Shown: positions 42,266 to 53,704 of the stretch, in pieces
How the letters are laid out: every line of letters starts with the position of its first letter
Position numbering within the stretch: position 1 is the stretch's first letter
Assembly (NCBI GenBank): GCA_963762485.1
Contig: CAVXLE010000004.1
Span: 112,483 to 176,482 of the forward strand
Source: an uncultured Pseudomonadota bacterium
Lineage (GTDB): Bacteria > Pseudomonadota > Alphaproteobacteria > Rhizobiales > Xanthobacteraceae
Direction: 5' to 3'
DNA length: 64,000 nt
Notes under the pieces: model-generated
What the model saw: the letters and a program-made list of their open reading frames with translations, nothing else
Database searches by the model: none
Told to the model about the DNA's origin: nothing
Made by a program: the position numbers and the translations under genes

Positions 42266-42832
42266 TCATTTTGTGAGGTTCAGTTTATTAGTACGAGCAC
42301 CGTGTTCCTTCAACGCTGATGGTGGCGTTGGTGAGACCGCCGATTCCGATATTTGACCATGTTTCATTGTCGCCAAAGGTTTTACCACCGTGCGGCGGGC
42401 GGGATCCAATAAAGTAGCTCTCTTCTTCAGCGCGAAATTATGACCCTGCTTCAGTACAAACGTTGCAGCTTCACTCAAATTGGGATGCCAAGCTGCCATC
42501 TTGGCCAAATAAATTTGCCCTGGTCTTTGGCGGGCAGCGTACGCGAATGTCGCCAGAAACGATACGAGTGATGCAACTGAGTTAATATTCCAAGAAGAGT
42601 AGTCGATGTAATAAGCCATATACCGATTTCCAAATACGAAAATGGTGGCGAATACAATCACATTAGTGAGTGCGGCGCTGGTCCCTGCGGCATTCGAAGA
42701 CCTCGACACATTTGAGAAAACAAGTCCGGTCAAGAATATTAATGTGATGATGAGAGAGGTGATAGCCTGCACCAGCAATAGAGCAGAAAGCGATCCCCAA
42801 ATTACTGCGGCGATGAAGGTAAAAATGGTCAC
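42266..42832 (-). CDS. Hypothetical membrane protein
   Basis: Three to four hydrophobic segments; AAGGAG 8 nt before GTG. Confidence 0.55.
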   Translation of the reverse strand: MTIFTFIAAVIWGSLSALLLVQAITSLIITLIFLTGLVFSNVSRSSNAAGTSAALTNVIVFATIFVFGNRYMAYYIDYSSWNINSVASLVSFLATFAYAARQRPGQIYLAKMAAWHPNLSEAATFVLKQGHNFALKKRATLLDPARRTVVKPLATMKHGQISESAVSPTPPSALKEHGARTNKLNLTK

Positions 42833-43478
42833 TAATACTGCTCCTTACCCTAATACTGCACCACTCGCGCAAGATGTGGTCAAGCCCTGAGCGATTAGTA
42901 GGTAACCGTTCGCAACAAACTTGCATCAGAATCGGTGGTATGCGCGGGCCTCTCGTCCGGGCAAACCGGGGGGTGGCTGTTTGCCTCTTGTCCATTATCC
43001 AGGCCACGGACAGACGGCAATCGTTGAAAAGTAGACGCATGAACCGAATATCGGACTTCGGCCTCTCCACTGGAGCACTCGACCCCCCCCTTCGCGATAT
43101 AGGGCGCGGGTGAGGTAATTCTGACTAGCACCCATAAAAACCTGGACGTCACGTATGAATCTGGCCACTTCAATCTGGGGCAAGGAACTGTCGGCACTCG
43201 ACGGGATCGGCGCTTCGGCCAGATTGCTATTCGCTGGATATCTCGGTGATCACTTCGGCGACGAAGTCGCTTTTTTGGCCCTTGCGACGGGCGCGGGGGA
43301 TAGCGCTTGCGTCGGTATGGCTGGTGATGCCTGAAACCCGACCGCAAAGCGGTCATCCGAGGCCCACTGATTAATAAATGTTTTCGCAGGTAAAGCGGAC
43401 ATCGACGATGTGAAAATTACGCTCTGAAACGGCTGGGGGAGGCTGTCCGATAGCTGGCTAGACGGAGAATTCGAGTTT

Positions 43479-43640
43479 CTAGAGCTGGCGGGCTCGCTTG
43501 CCGAGCGCCTGGCGAACTGCCTCCGCCGAACGGTGCTCAAAGTGTTTGTCTTTTTCCACCTGATCTTCTGTCTTGCGCAGTCGTTGAGTCGAGTTCCAAA
43601 ACTCCCGTTCCTCGCTCGAGGTGTCCGATTTGCGGCTCAT
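43479..43640 (-). CDS. Small hydrophilic hypothetical protein (53 aa)
   Basis: GGAG 6 nt before ATG; MSRKSDTSSEEREFWNSTQRLRKTE...; charged helical composition. Confidence 0.45.
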   Translation of the reverse strand: MSRKSDTSSEEREFWNSTQRLRKTEDQVEKDKHFEHRSAEAVRQALGKRARQL

Positions 43641-44219
43641 GTTTTTCTCCGAGGTACCGGCGCGAATATAACGCACCGGAGCGCAAGAAGTTGCCGGGGA
43701 ATTCTGCTAATGGCAAGCGCGTGCTGTTAGCCAGCGGTGTCGGCATCATGGATTGTGACACGCGTCGTCTATGATTCTATAGGGGCATTGTAATTCCAAC
43801 GATTGTTGTCACCGTCAGTCGATGGTACGGGACCATCGAAATGGAACATCTACTTTTTTTGTTCTTGGCAATATTGGAGGTCAGCATCGTGCTAGGCGCG
43901 TTGCTCATTCGCTACATGACGATGTAGCGCTGCATAAACTTGAGTCCAACGGCAGGCCAAACTCCAAGGATTTCAAAAGGTGGCAGCAGGTGACATATCG
44001 ATCATAAAAATGAAATGATGAATCCACTTCCAAGTGTGAACGTACCGTTCGGGTGGTAAGTGCGGAACCGAATGAACTGGAGATTTCGCCCAAGATGACC
44101 GAAACGATCGTGGGCGCGGAAAATATTTTTTTGAGAGGTTGGGAAATACCGGTCGCGCCTTGATCGAAAAATTTGACTGGCTATTGTTTTTAACAAGCGG
44201 CTAGCGAGAGGGTGGGACC

Positions 44220-44867
44220 GTGGCGTCACAAGTTCAAAAGCGCCGTCCAATGATCAGCGCGATCTTGATCTCGGTCGGCATGTGCTATCCTGCACATGCG
44301 GTAACAATAAATTTTGAAGATCAACCTCTCACCGTTGGGGGCGTACCCGATACTCGTACCATCAGTACCGCTAGCGGAGCGGTCACTTTTTCGGGTGGTG
44401 AATTTGTATCAGGGTTCGGCGTTGCTGACCTAACGACTGTTTATGCAACAGTAGGACCCGGTCCGGGCGAGCCTCTTACTTCGTTTACAGACACATTGAC
44501 GATTACGTTTCAAAATCCAGTAACAAATTTTTCTGTCTTAGCTTTGGGGCTTCCCCCGACTCCCCTTTTTGACCCGGGCACATCCTTTACAGTTTCTGAC
44601 AACGCCGGTCACACTTCCTTTGGTGCAACGCCACTCAGCGGATTTTTAACACTTGGCTTAGACGCAGCGAGCTCCGTGTTCACGATTACGGGTGGAGGAA
44701 CCTCCAGCAGAGCCCCGGCCTGGGATTTTGCCATCGATAACGTGAGCTTCGAAACCCCAGCGCCGGTGCCGCTGCCCGCTGCCTTTCCTCTTTTCGCAAG
44801 CGGCCTCGGCATGTTGGGTCTTCTTGGTCGGTGGAGGAAACACAAGGCTCAAGCCGCGGCTGCCTGA
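44220..44867 (+). CDS. VPLPA-CTERM (PEP-CTERM-type) sorting-domain protein
   Basis: Signal ending PAHA; Thr/Gly/Ser-rich body; C-terminus PVPLPAAFPLFASGLGMLGLLGRWRKHK. Confidence 0.88.
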   Translation: MASQVQKRRPMISAILISVGMCYPAHAVTINFEDQPLTVGGVPDTRTISTASGAVTFSGGEFVSGFGVADLTTVYATVGPGPGEPLTSFTDTLTITFQNPVTNFSVLALGLPPTPLFDPGTSFTVSDNAGHTSFGATPLSGFLTLGLDAASSVFTITGGGTSSRAPAWDFAIDNVSFETPAPVPLPAAFPLFASGLGMLGLLGRWRKHKAQAAAA

Positions 44868-44889
44868 TCGATTAGGATCCGATACAGAT

Positions 44890-44917
44890 AGACCCCGGGC
44901 AATAATCCGGGGTTTTT
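44890..44917 (+). terminator. Intrinsic terminator
   Basis: AGACCCCGG...CCGGGGTTTTT about 22 nt after the stop. Confidence 0.7.
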
Positions 44918-45117
44918 AGTTGGGAGACCTTGGGAATATTGGTTGCGAACGGTCCGTTGTAGCGTCCGTTTTCGGCGCAGCCAGCGGGCTTCGCAATTGT
45001 GTGCGAGAAGATTTTCGCTGGCGTCCGACTTTAACCGATTGAAATTAAGCGATGGCCGGAGTTAGTCACCAGTGGACGTCCGTGACGCCATGCCCGTTCT
45101 TGGTACCCACCTTTCGA

Positions 45118-45381
45118 TCACGATTGTGTCCTGCTGGATCCTAGCTTCGCGTTTATATACGCGAACGCTCCGTCGAGAGTGACGAGCTTTGGATAATCGA
45201 TCTCGGGGATATCGATGCGGAGCCGGTGGTGAATAGCGATAACAAAGTTCAGGAAGTCCATGGAGTCGATGTCGATGGCCTCACGCAGATCAGCGGTCGG
45301 TTTGACACTCGCCAAATCGGCTTCAGGCGCGATGTTGTTGAGCTCTTCCTGAATCACTTTGCGAATGTCGGTGTCAGTCAT
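45118..45381 (-). CDS. Acyl carrier protein
   Basis: DIDSMDFL phosphopantetheine Ser motif; IDIPEIDY; ATGA overlap with the E2 stop. Confidence 0.88.
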   Translation of the reverse strand: MTDTDIRKVIQEELNNIAPEADLASVKPTADLREAIDIDSMDFLNFVIAIHHRLRIDIPEIDYPKLVTLDGAFAYINAKLGSSRTQS

Positions 45382-46595
45382 AGCTTTTCCGGCTCCTGCA
45401 ATAGTTTGCCGATCTCTGCCAAAAACAACGCACCCGCGTGACCGTCGGTGACCCGGTGGTCGCCGGAAAGCGTAACGGTGACTACCGAGCGCGGACCAAT
45501 GGCGCCGTCGACGACCCATGGCCGCGTCACGACTTTACCGAGGCCGACGATCGCCACTTGTGGCGGGTAGATGATTCCGTAAAGCGCTTCGACGCCGCGT
45601 TCGCCAAGGCTCGAAACGGTGATGGTCGAATCGGACATTTCAGAACCGCGAATGCGTCCGGCGCGCGTGCGCTGCACTAGGTCGCGCATGCGGCTCATCA
45701 GCTCGTCGAGCGATAGCTGATCGGCATCGTGCAGTGCCGGCGACGCGAGCCCGCCGCCGCGAATGGCAATTGCGACACCGACGTGCACCGCCGACGCCGG
45801 CTCAAATTTACCGTCGTGATAAAATCCGTTGAAGGCGGGAAAGCCGCGTGCGGCCAATGCGACCGCTTTGATGGCAAGTGCGCCCATCAACACGCGGTTG
45901 TCTGGCGGCAATGCGGCATTCTTATTTGCCAGCCAATGCTCGCAGCCCGTGACATCGACTTGGTGCTCCAAATAGTAGTGCGGGATTTCCCGCTTCGATC
46001 GTGCCATCGCGGCCGCGATGGCTGTTCGCATGGCCGGCAGATCGAGCCCGACCGCTCGTTTCTTTTCCGGTGGCGGAGCGGTAGGGGCGGCTGGGGCCGC
46101 AGCGAGGCGGCGTTGGACATCTTCATAGGTGATGGCACCGGCCGGGCCGCTGCCCTTGACGGTCGCAAGATCGATCCCGCGCTCTTGTGCGAGCTTGCGC
46201 GCTGCGGGGGAAGCGGGCGCAACGGCCGCTGCGGCCGGCGCGATCGGCGGCGGCGCTGGCGCGCGAACCGGCGGTGGGGCCGGCGTCGGCGGAGCGGCTG
46301 CGACCGGTGGCGCGGGCGGCGCTGCGGCGGGTGGCGCAACTGCGGGGGCTTTGCCTTCCGCCTCCGTTCGGATTTGCGCCAATGGGGTTCCGACCGGCAC
46401 TTTCGTGTTGAGATCAACCAGGAATTTTTCGATTTGGCCGGGCTGAAATGTTTCGATCTCGATTGCGCCTTTCTGCGTCTCGACCACCGCGACAATATCG
46501 CCGCGCTTGACCCAGTCGCCTGGCTTGACCAGCCACTCGACCAGCGTGCCCGCCTCCATATCGGCGCCTAGAGAGGGCATGCGAAATTCGACCAC
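45378..46595 (-). CDS. pdhC: Dihydrolipoamide acyltransferase (E2) of a PDH-like complex
   Basis: Lipoyl domain ETQKGAIEI; Pro/Ala linker; subunit-binding ASPAARKLA; catalytic DHRVTDG. Confidence 0.92.
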   Translation of the reverse strand: MVEFRMPSLGADMEAGTLVEWLVKPGDWVKRGDIVAVVETQKGAIEIETFQPGQIEKFLVDLNTKVPVGTPLAQIRTEAEGKAPAVAPPAAAPPAPPVAAAPPTPAPPPVRAPAPPPIAPAAAAVAPASPAARKLAQERGIDLATVKGSGPAGAITYEDVQRRLAAAPAAPTAPPPEKKRAVGLDLPAMRTAIAAAMARSKREIPHYYLEHQVDVTGCEHWLANKNAALPPDNRVLMGALAIKAVALAARGFPAFNGFYHDGKFEPASAVHVGVAIAIRGGGLASPALHDADQLSLDELMSRMRDLVQRTRAGRIRGSEMSDSTITVSSLGERGVEALYGIIYPPQVAIVGLGKVVTRPWVVDGAIGPRSVVTVTLSGDHRVTDGHAGALFLAEIGKLLQEPEKL

Positions 46596-46604
46596 GACGC
46601 TCCC

Positions 46605-47612
46605 TCAGGCTCGGCCCAGCGCCGCTTTCGCGGCCACGACTATCCTGGGCGCTTGCGGGATCGCCGCGTTTTCGAGGTGGCGAGGATAGGGAATCGGCAC
46701 TTCCTCGCTGCAGACGCGGCCGATCGGCGCGTCGAGTGACCAAAATGCCTGTTCAACGATGCGGGTGGCGATCTCCGCCGCGAGGCTGCCGCTGCGCCAG
46801 CCTTCGTCGACGATGACCGCGTGCCTCGTCTTCGCGACCGAGGCCATGATTGTCGTATCGTCGAGCGGCCGCAAGCTGCGCAGGTCAATCACTTCGGCCT
46901 CGATGCCTTCGGCCGCAAGCGCCGTCGCCGCATCCAGCGTTTTCCAAAGCGACCCACCATAGGTGATGAGCGAAATGTCACGGCCGGGGCGGCGCACGGC
47001 CGCTTTCTCGATATCGACCGCACCGGCATCCGTGGCGAGCTTGCCTGTCATATTGTAAAGCATGACGTTTTCGAAAATCAGGACCGGGTCGGGATCCTGC
47101 AATGCAGTCCACAGCATACCGCGCGCGTCCTCAAGCGTTCCCGGCGCCAGCACCTTGATGCCGGGAATATGCGCGTACCAGCCCTCGAGGCTGTGGGAAT
47201 GCTGGGCGGCGAGCTGGCGGCCGGCTCCGGTCGCCATGCGGATCACCAGTGGCACGCCGAACTGATTTCCCGACATGTGCCGCACCGTCGCCGCGGTGTT
47301 GAGAATTTGGTCGAGCGCGAGCAGGCTGAAATTCACCGTCATCAGCTCGACGATCGGACGCATGCCGGCCATCGCCGCGCCAATGCCGGCGCCGGTAAAT
47401 CCGGATTCCGAAAGCGGTGTATCGCGAATCCGTTCGGGGCCAAATTCGGCGAGCAAGCCGTGGCTCACCGCGTAGCAGCCGCCGTAGCGGCCGACGTCCT
47501 CGCCCATGAGAAAAACGCGCTCATCGCGCTTGATCGCATCGCGAAGAGCAGCGCGCACCGCCTCGCGGTAACTGATCTCTTTTGCTTCAGGCCCGACCGT
47601 CTGTTGCTGCAT
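46605..47612 (-). CDS. pdhB: Pyruvate dehydrogenase E1 beta subunit
   Basis: [31 protein letters not shown]. Confidence 0.92.
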   Translation of the reverse strand: MQQQTVGPEAKEISYREAVRAALRDAIKRDERVFLMGEDVGRYGGCYAVSHGLLAEFGPERIRDTPLSESGFTGAGIGAAMAGMRPIVELMTVNFSLLALDQILNTAATVRHMSGNQFGVPLVIRMATGAGRQLAAQHSHSLEGWYAHIPGIKVLAPGTLEDARGMLWTALQDPDPVLIFENVMLYNMTGKLATDAGAVDIEKAAVRRPGRDISLITYGGSLWKTLDAATALAAEGIEAEVIDLRSLRPLDDTTIMASVAKTRHAVIVDEGWRSGSLAAEIATRIVEQAFWSLDAPIGRVCSEEVPIPYPRHLENAAIPQAPRIVVAAKAALGRA

Positions 47613-47618
47613 GGCGTT

Positions 47619-48619
47619 CTACCGGCCGGCGATTGCGTTGCTATCTGCATACGTGAAGCGGGTTAGTTGCTCGACCGGCTCCCAGGTTCCGGCTTCGGCG
47701 AAGGCGACCGCCTTCGCAATCTCGGCATCGACTTCGGCTTCGAGTCGCGGCCCGTCTTCCGGATGGATCATATGGTTGGCCTGCAGCCACCCTTGGAAAC
47801 GCACGATCGGATCGTGGGGACGCCAGCCTTCGACCTCAGGCTTGTCGCGGTAGAGCTGGGGGTCGAACATCGAATGTGGGCGGAACCGGTAGGTGCGGCA
47901 TTCCAGGAAATAGGGCTTGCGGCTCTCGCGTACGGCATGGACTGCTCGGCGGGCGGCAGCCTCGACGGCAACCACATCCATGCCATCGACAGCCTCGGCG
48001 GCAATTCGGTAGCACGCAGCCTTGCGCTGAATGTCCGTTTCCGATTCCGAAAGCGCTAAGGCCGTTCCCATGGCATAGAGATTGTTCTCGCACACAAACA
48101 ATACCGGCAGTTCCCACAACGCCGCCAAATTCATGCTCTCATGAAATTCCCCTTCGGCCACGGCGCCTTCCCCAAAGAAGCAGGCAATGACGAGGTCATT
48201 GCGCTGCATATGGTCGGCAAGCGCGAGACCAATCGCCAGCGGTAAACCACCACCGACGATCGCATTGCCACCATGGAAATTGGTGGCGCGATCGAACAAG
48301 TGCATGGAACCGCCGCGCCCTCGGCTGCAGCCTTCCTGCTTGCCGTACATTTCGGCCATGACCGTAGTCATCGGCACGCCGCGTACTAGTGCATGCCCAT
48401 GCTCGCGATAGGTCGCCACAATCCGGTCGCGCTTTTCCAGGACCGGGATGACGCCCACCGCAATGGCCTCTTCGCCATCGTAAAGGTGGAGGAAGCCGCG
48501 AATCTTCTCCTGTGTGTAGAGCTCGGCACATTTATCCTCGAAACGACGTACGCGGATCATCTGTTTCAAGAGATCCAGCATGTGCTCACGCGATAAATGC
48601 GGCTTGTCGGCTGCTGCAG

Positions 48620-48623
<4 letters not shown>
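47619..48623 (-). CDS. pdhA: Pyruvate dehydrogenase E1 alpha subunit
   Basis: [26 protein letters not shown], ThDP motif GEGA...ENN, YRFRPHS. Confidence 0.92.
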
Positions 48624-50434
<1,811 letters not shown>

Positions 50435-50438
<4 letters not shown>

Positions 50439-51475
50439 CTTCGCGCCCCGACTTCTTGCTGTCGGCCGGCTGCTTGGGCAGGCTTCGCACCGTCGGCCGC
50501 ATAGATCGCGTCGCACAGGCGCTGCAGCATCGGCACGCCACGGACCTCGGCCTCGAACAAGGGCACTATGGCGCGGACACTGTCGTCGAACTCCCGCCAG
50601 ATCGTCTTCATGTGCTCCTGCTGCATGGCCACGCGGTTCTTGACGAACTCGGCGGAGTCCGGACCGACGGACTTAGGATCAATGACCATGTTGACGAGGA
50701 CGCCGCCCACCGGGATGCCGAAGTCCTTGAACCACTGGATGAAGCGCGTAACCACCGCGATGGGCAGCGCCTCCGGCAGCGTCACGAAGAAGAACGTCGT
50801 GAGCGCGGGGTCTGTGAGCAGAACACGCGCGTGCTCCATGCGATCGCGGAAGGAGACCAGGTAGGCCATCAGCGGGTCCACCTCCTTCTTCTTGGTGAAG
50901 GAGAGCAGCTCCCTCAGGGTCCGCGCCTCCTCGCGGCTCTTGAGCATCTTGTTGACCCACAGCGCGTAGACCTTGGACATGCCGAGCAGGCGCCGCGCGT
51001 TGGCGGTGGGGGCGGTGTCGAAGACGTAGACGTCGTACTCGTTCTTGAACATGAGGTCGATCATGTTCTCGAACATCGCCAACTCTTCGAACGCGGGATT
51101 CATTGTGGCAAATTCCACGAAGTCATCAGCCTTGGTGGTGATGTCGGCGAACTTGAGGAACCACCGGATCTTCTCCCGGATCTCCACCTTGCTGCGCTCA
51201 ATGCTCTGCCGGGTGTCGATCTCGCAGCCCCAGAGGCTGGGCACGCCCTCGATGGCGACATGCTTGCCGAGCATATCCTGGCCGAACAGGCTCGTCAGGC
51301 TGTGCACGGGATTGGTGGACACCAGCAGCGTCCGGCGTCCCTGCCGGGCGAGCCCGATGGCTGCGGCGGCGGCAAAGACTGTCTTGCCCACACCGCCCTT
51401 GCCGCCGAAGAAGAAGTACTTCAGCGCGGGGTGCTCCCGGAGGTACCGGCCCATCGGCATTGGGATCTCTGTCAT
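50435..51475 (-). CDS. ArsA/Get3(TRC40)-family ATPase, copy B (switch-I Asn)
   Basis: GGKGGVGKTV, STNPVHSL, DTAPTAN, VTLPEALP; GGAGG RBS. Confidence 0.9.
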
Positions 51476-51487
51476 GGCGAGCCTCCG

Positions 51488-52459
51488 CTAGGTGAACATG
51501 ATGGCGGCCAGCTTTTCGATCATTGGCAGCCCCGTCACGTCGCGTTCCATCTCCGGCACCAGCGCCAATACCTTGTCGCCGAACGCCGTCCGCAAGTCGC
51601 CCATGTGCTGATCCTGCATGGCGACGCGGCGGCGCAGGTACTCAGGGATATTCTGGCCTAGCAATTCGCGCGGAATGACACGGTTCACCACGTAGCCGGC
51701 GATCGGCACGTCGAACTGCGCGAACAACCGGGCCGCCTTTTGCGTGTCGTTGATGGCCCCGGCCTCCGGGATCACCACAAAGAAAAAGGCCGTCTTCGTC
51801 TTGTCCGTGAGGATCCCGGCCGACGTGTTGATGCGGTTCTTGATGTAGAGCAGTTCCTGCAGGATCTGGTCCTGCTCGGACTCCTTCTCGTGCCGGAGCC
51901 GGCTCACCATCTGCTCGTATTCGCGCATTTCCTCGCGCAGCTTGGTGATCTTGTTAATCCACTCGTCGTACACCTTGGCCATCGACAGGTAGTAGAGCGC
52001 GTGACCGAGCGGGACGAGATCGTAGATATAGTAGTCGTAGTCGCCCTTCATGACCACGTCCACCACGGCGTCGAAAATTGCGCTCTCCTCCATCGCCGGC
52101 TCGGAGCTCGCCGCCTGGATGTAGTTCTCGATCTCGTCTGGCACCTTGGGCAGCCCGTACATGTCGAGGATCTTCTGGCGAATCTCCTGCTGGTAGCCGC
52201 GGATGTGGCTGTCTGCGTCGATTTCCTGAGCCCAGAGATTCTCCATGATCTTCACGGGCCCTTTGCCAAAAATGTCCCGCTTGAAAATGTCGGTGAGCGA
52301 CGCCTGGGGATCCACAGAGAACACGAGCACTTTCTTGCCATGGCTCGCGAGCCAATAGGCGGCTGCCGCGGAGAAAGTGGTCTTGCCGACGCCGCCGCCG
52401 CCGCCGAACATGATGTATCGTCGCTCGGGATGCTGAATGAATACGTCTTTGAGTGCCAC
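51488..52459 (-). CDS. ArsA/Get3(TRC40)-family ATPase, copy A (no signature Lys)
   Basis: GGGGGVGKTT, SVDPQASL, DLVPLGH, YVVNRV. Confidence 0.9.
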   Translation of the reverse strand: MALKDVFIQHPERRYIMFGGGGGVGKTTFSAAAAYWLASHGKKVLVFSVDPQASLTDIFKRDIFGKGPVKIMENLWAQEIDADSHIRGYQQEIRQKILDMYGLPKVPDEIENYIQAASSEPAMEESAIFDAVVDVVMKGDYDYYIYDLVPLGHALYYLSMAKVYDEWINKITKLREEMREYEQMVSRLRHEKESEQDQILQELLYIKNRINTSAGILTDKTKTAFFFVVIPEAGAINDTQKAARLFAQFDVPIAGYVVNRVIPRELLGQNIPEYLRRRVAMQDQHMGDLRTAFGDKVLALVPEMERDVTGLPMIEKLAAIMFT

Positions 52460-52468
52460 TGCCGCCCC

Positions 52469-52747
52469 CTAGAACATCGCGTCCGAGACGTCCTTCTCGC
52501 GCAACATGCGCCGCTTCCACGTGGCGATCTGCGGCACGACGTAGGGCAGGAGCCGCAGGCTGTAATACGGCGGCAGGATCGGGACGCCCAGCAGGTCGCC
52601 CATTGTGATCAGGATAAAGAGGTGCTCCATCGACGAGCGCGTGCGCAGGGCCGCGCGGCTCATGTCGTGGGCTGCCATGCCGTAGATAGTTTCTCTGATG
52701 GCCTGCAACCAGCTTTTCTCCGCCTCTGGCTTTTTTTGCTCGGTCAT
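52469..52747 (-). CDS. Small CstA/ArsA-associated protein, paralogue A (92 aa)
   Basis: AAGGAAG RBS before ATG 52747; GDLLGVPILPPYYSLRLLP motif shared with the neighbouring gene. Confidence 0.85.
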   Translation of the reverse strand: MTEQKKPEAEKSWLQAIRETIYGMAAHDMSRAALRTRSSMEHLFILITMGDLLGVPILPPYYSLRLLPYVVPQIATWKRRMLREKDVSDAMF

Positions 52748-52758
52748 CTGTCTTCCTT

Positions 52759-53055
52759 TCACAGTCCGTGTAGGTGATGCTCATGGCTGCTGCCCAGCTC
52801 GCGCTCGCGGAGAACTTCGCGCTTCCACGCCTCGATCTCCGGCACCACCCAGGGCAGCAGGCGCAACCCATAGTACGGCGGCAGGATCGGCACGCCGAGC
52901 ATGTCACCGAACACGCCGACCATGAACAGCTTCTGCATTGAGGCGCGCATTTCCAGCGCCTGCTGCACGAACTCGTAGCTGGTCATGCCATAGATGAACT
53001 CACGCAGCACCCGGCTCCACTGACGGGAGCCGGGCGTGCTATCGTCCGGTCCACC
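52759..53055 (-). CDS. Small CstA/ArsA-associated protein, paralogue B, His-rich C-terminus; start unresolved
   Basis: REFIYGM...GDMLGVPILPPYYGLRLLP...WKREVLRE...HEHHLHGL; no clean ATG/RBS (in-frame GTG at 53010). Confidence 0.75.
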   Translation of the reverse strand, partial: GGPDDSTPGSRQWSRVLREFIYGMTSYEFVQQALEMRASMQKLFMVGVFGDMLGVPILPPYYGLRLLPWVVPEIEAWKREVLRERELGSSHEHHLHGL

Positions 53056-53688
53056 ATGATGGAAATCGTCGCCATTGCCGCGGTTGCGCTCGTTGGCTGG
53101 TTTGCCGCCGGCACGATCTGGAATGTCCGTCGGGGCCGCATGCTTATGCAGTGGATGCAGAGCGGCCTGCCGGTGCTCGGCCAGCACACCACTGTGCGGT
53201 GGCTCGGCTCGAGCGCCATCGAAATGGTGATCCGCGAGGGCAAGGCCCCGTTCGCCAGCGCGACCCAGGTCATCTTCCTTGAGCCGCGCGATGTGCCTTG
53301 GATGTGGGCGCTCAGCCGCGGCCGCGGCCGGCGCGACACCCTCATTATCCGCGGCGTGCTGCGCCGGGCCCGCGATATCGAATTCGAAGCCCTCGACCCG
53401 CAGAGCTGGTCCGGCCGCGACGCGCTCCCACGCGTGCCAGCGGAATGGTCGATCCGCGAAGCCGCCGCCCCCGGCGACCTCGTCGTGCACTATAGCAGCG
53501 CCCCGGCGCTCGCTCGCGCCGATGCGCTGTTGGCAGAAGCCCGACGAGCCGGACTGGTCGTCAAGCGTTTGTCCATGCGCCGCGCCGAACCCCATTTCCA
53601 GGTGCACGTCTCCCTTCCCGATCAAGCGCAGCCAGCGCGCGGCTTCTTCGAAGCCGTGCAGGCGATCGCCGGGCGCGCGCTGGACTGA
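53056..53688 (+). CDS. Single-TM membrane-anchored hypothetical protein, antisense to the surrounding operon
   Basis: N-terminal TM followed by a globular-looking domain; GC3-rich codon pattern on the + strand; no RBS upstream on +. Confidence 0.8.
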   Translation: MMEIVAIAAVALVGWFAAGTIWNVRRGRMLMQWMQSGLPVLGQHTTVRWLGSSAIEMVIREGKAPFASATQVIFLEPRDVPWMWALSRGRGRRDTLIIRGVLRRARDIEFEALDPQSWSGRDALPRVPAEWSIREAAAPGDLVVHYSSAPALARADALLAEARRAGLVVKRLSMRRAEPHFQVHVSLPDQAQPARGFFEAVQAIAGRALD

Positions 53689-53704
53689 CACGATCCTTCT
53701 CCGC

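Noticed and set aside
46080-46345. Low-complexity GC-rich repeats in E2
   Set aside because: Ordinary Pro/Ala linkers of dihydrolipoamide acyltransferases.
53041-53694. Recombinase-type inverted repeats flanking the inverted gene (ATCGT..GTCCA)
   Set aside because: Short and gapped, does not coincide with the junctions that restore the RBS, and no invertase nearby.
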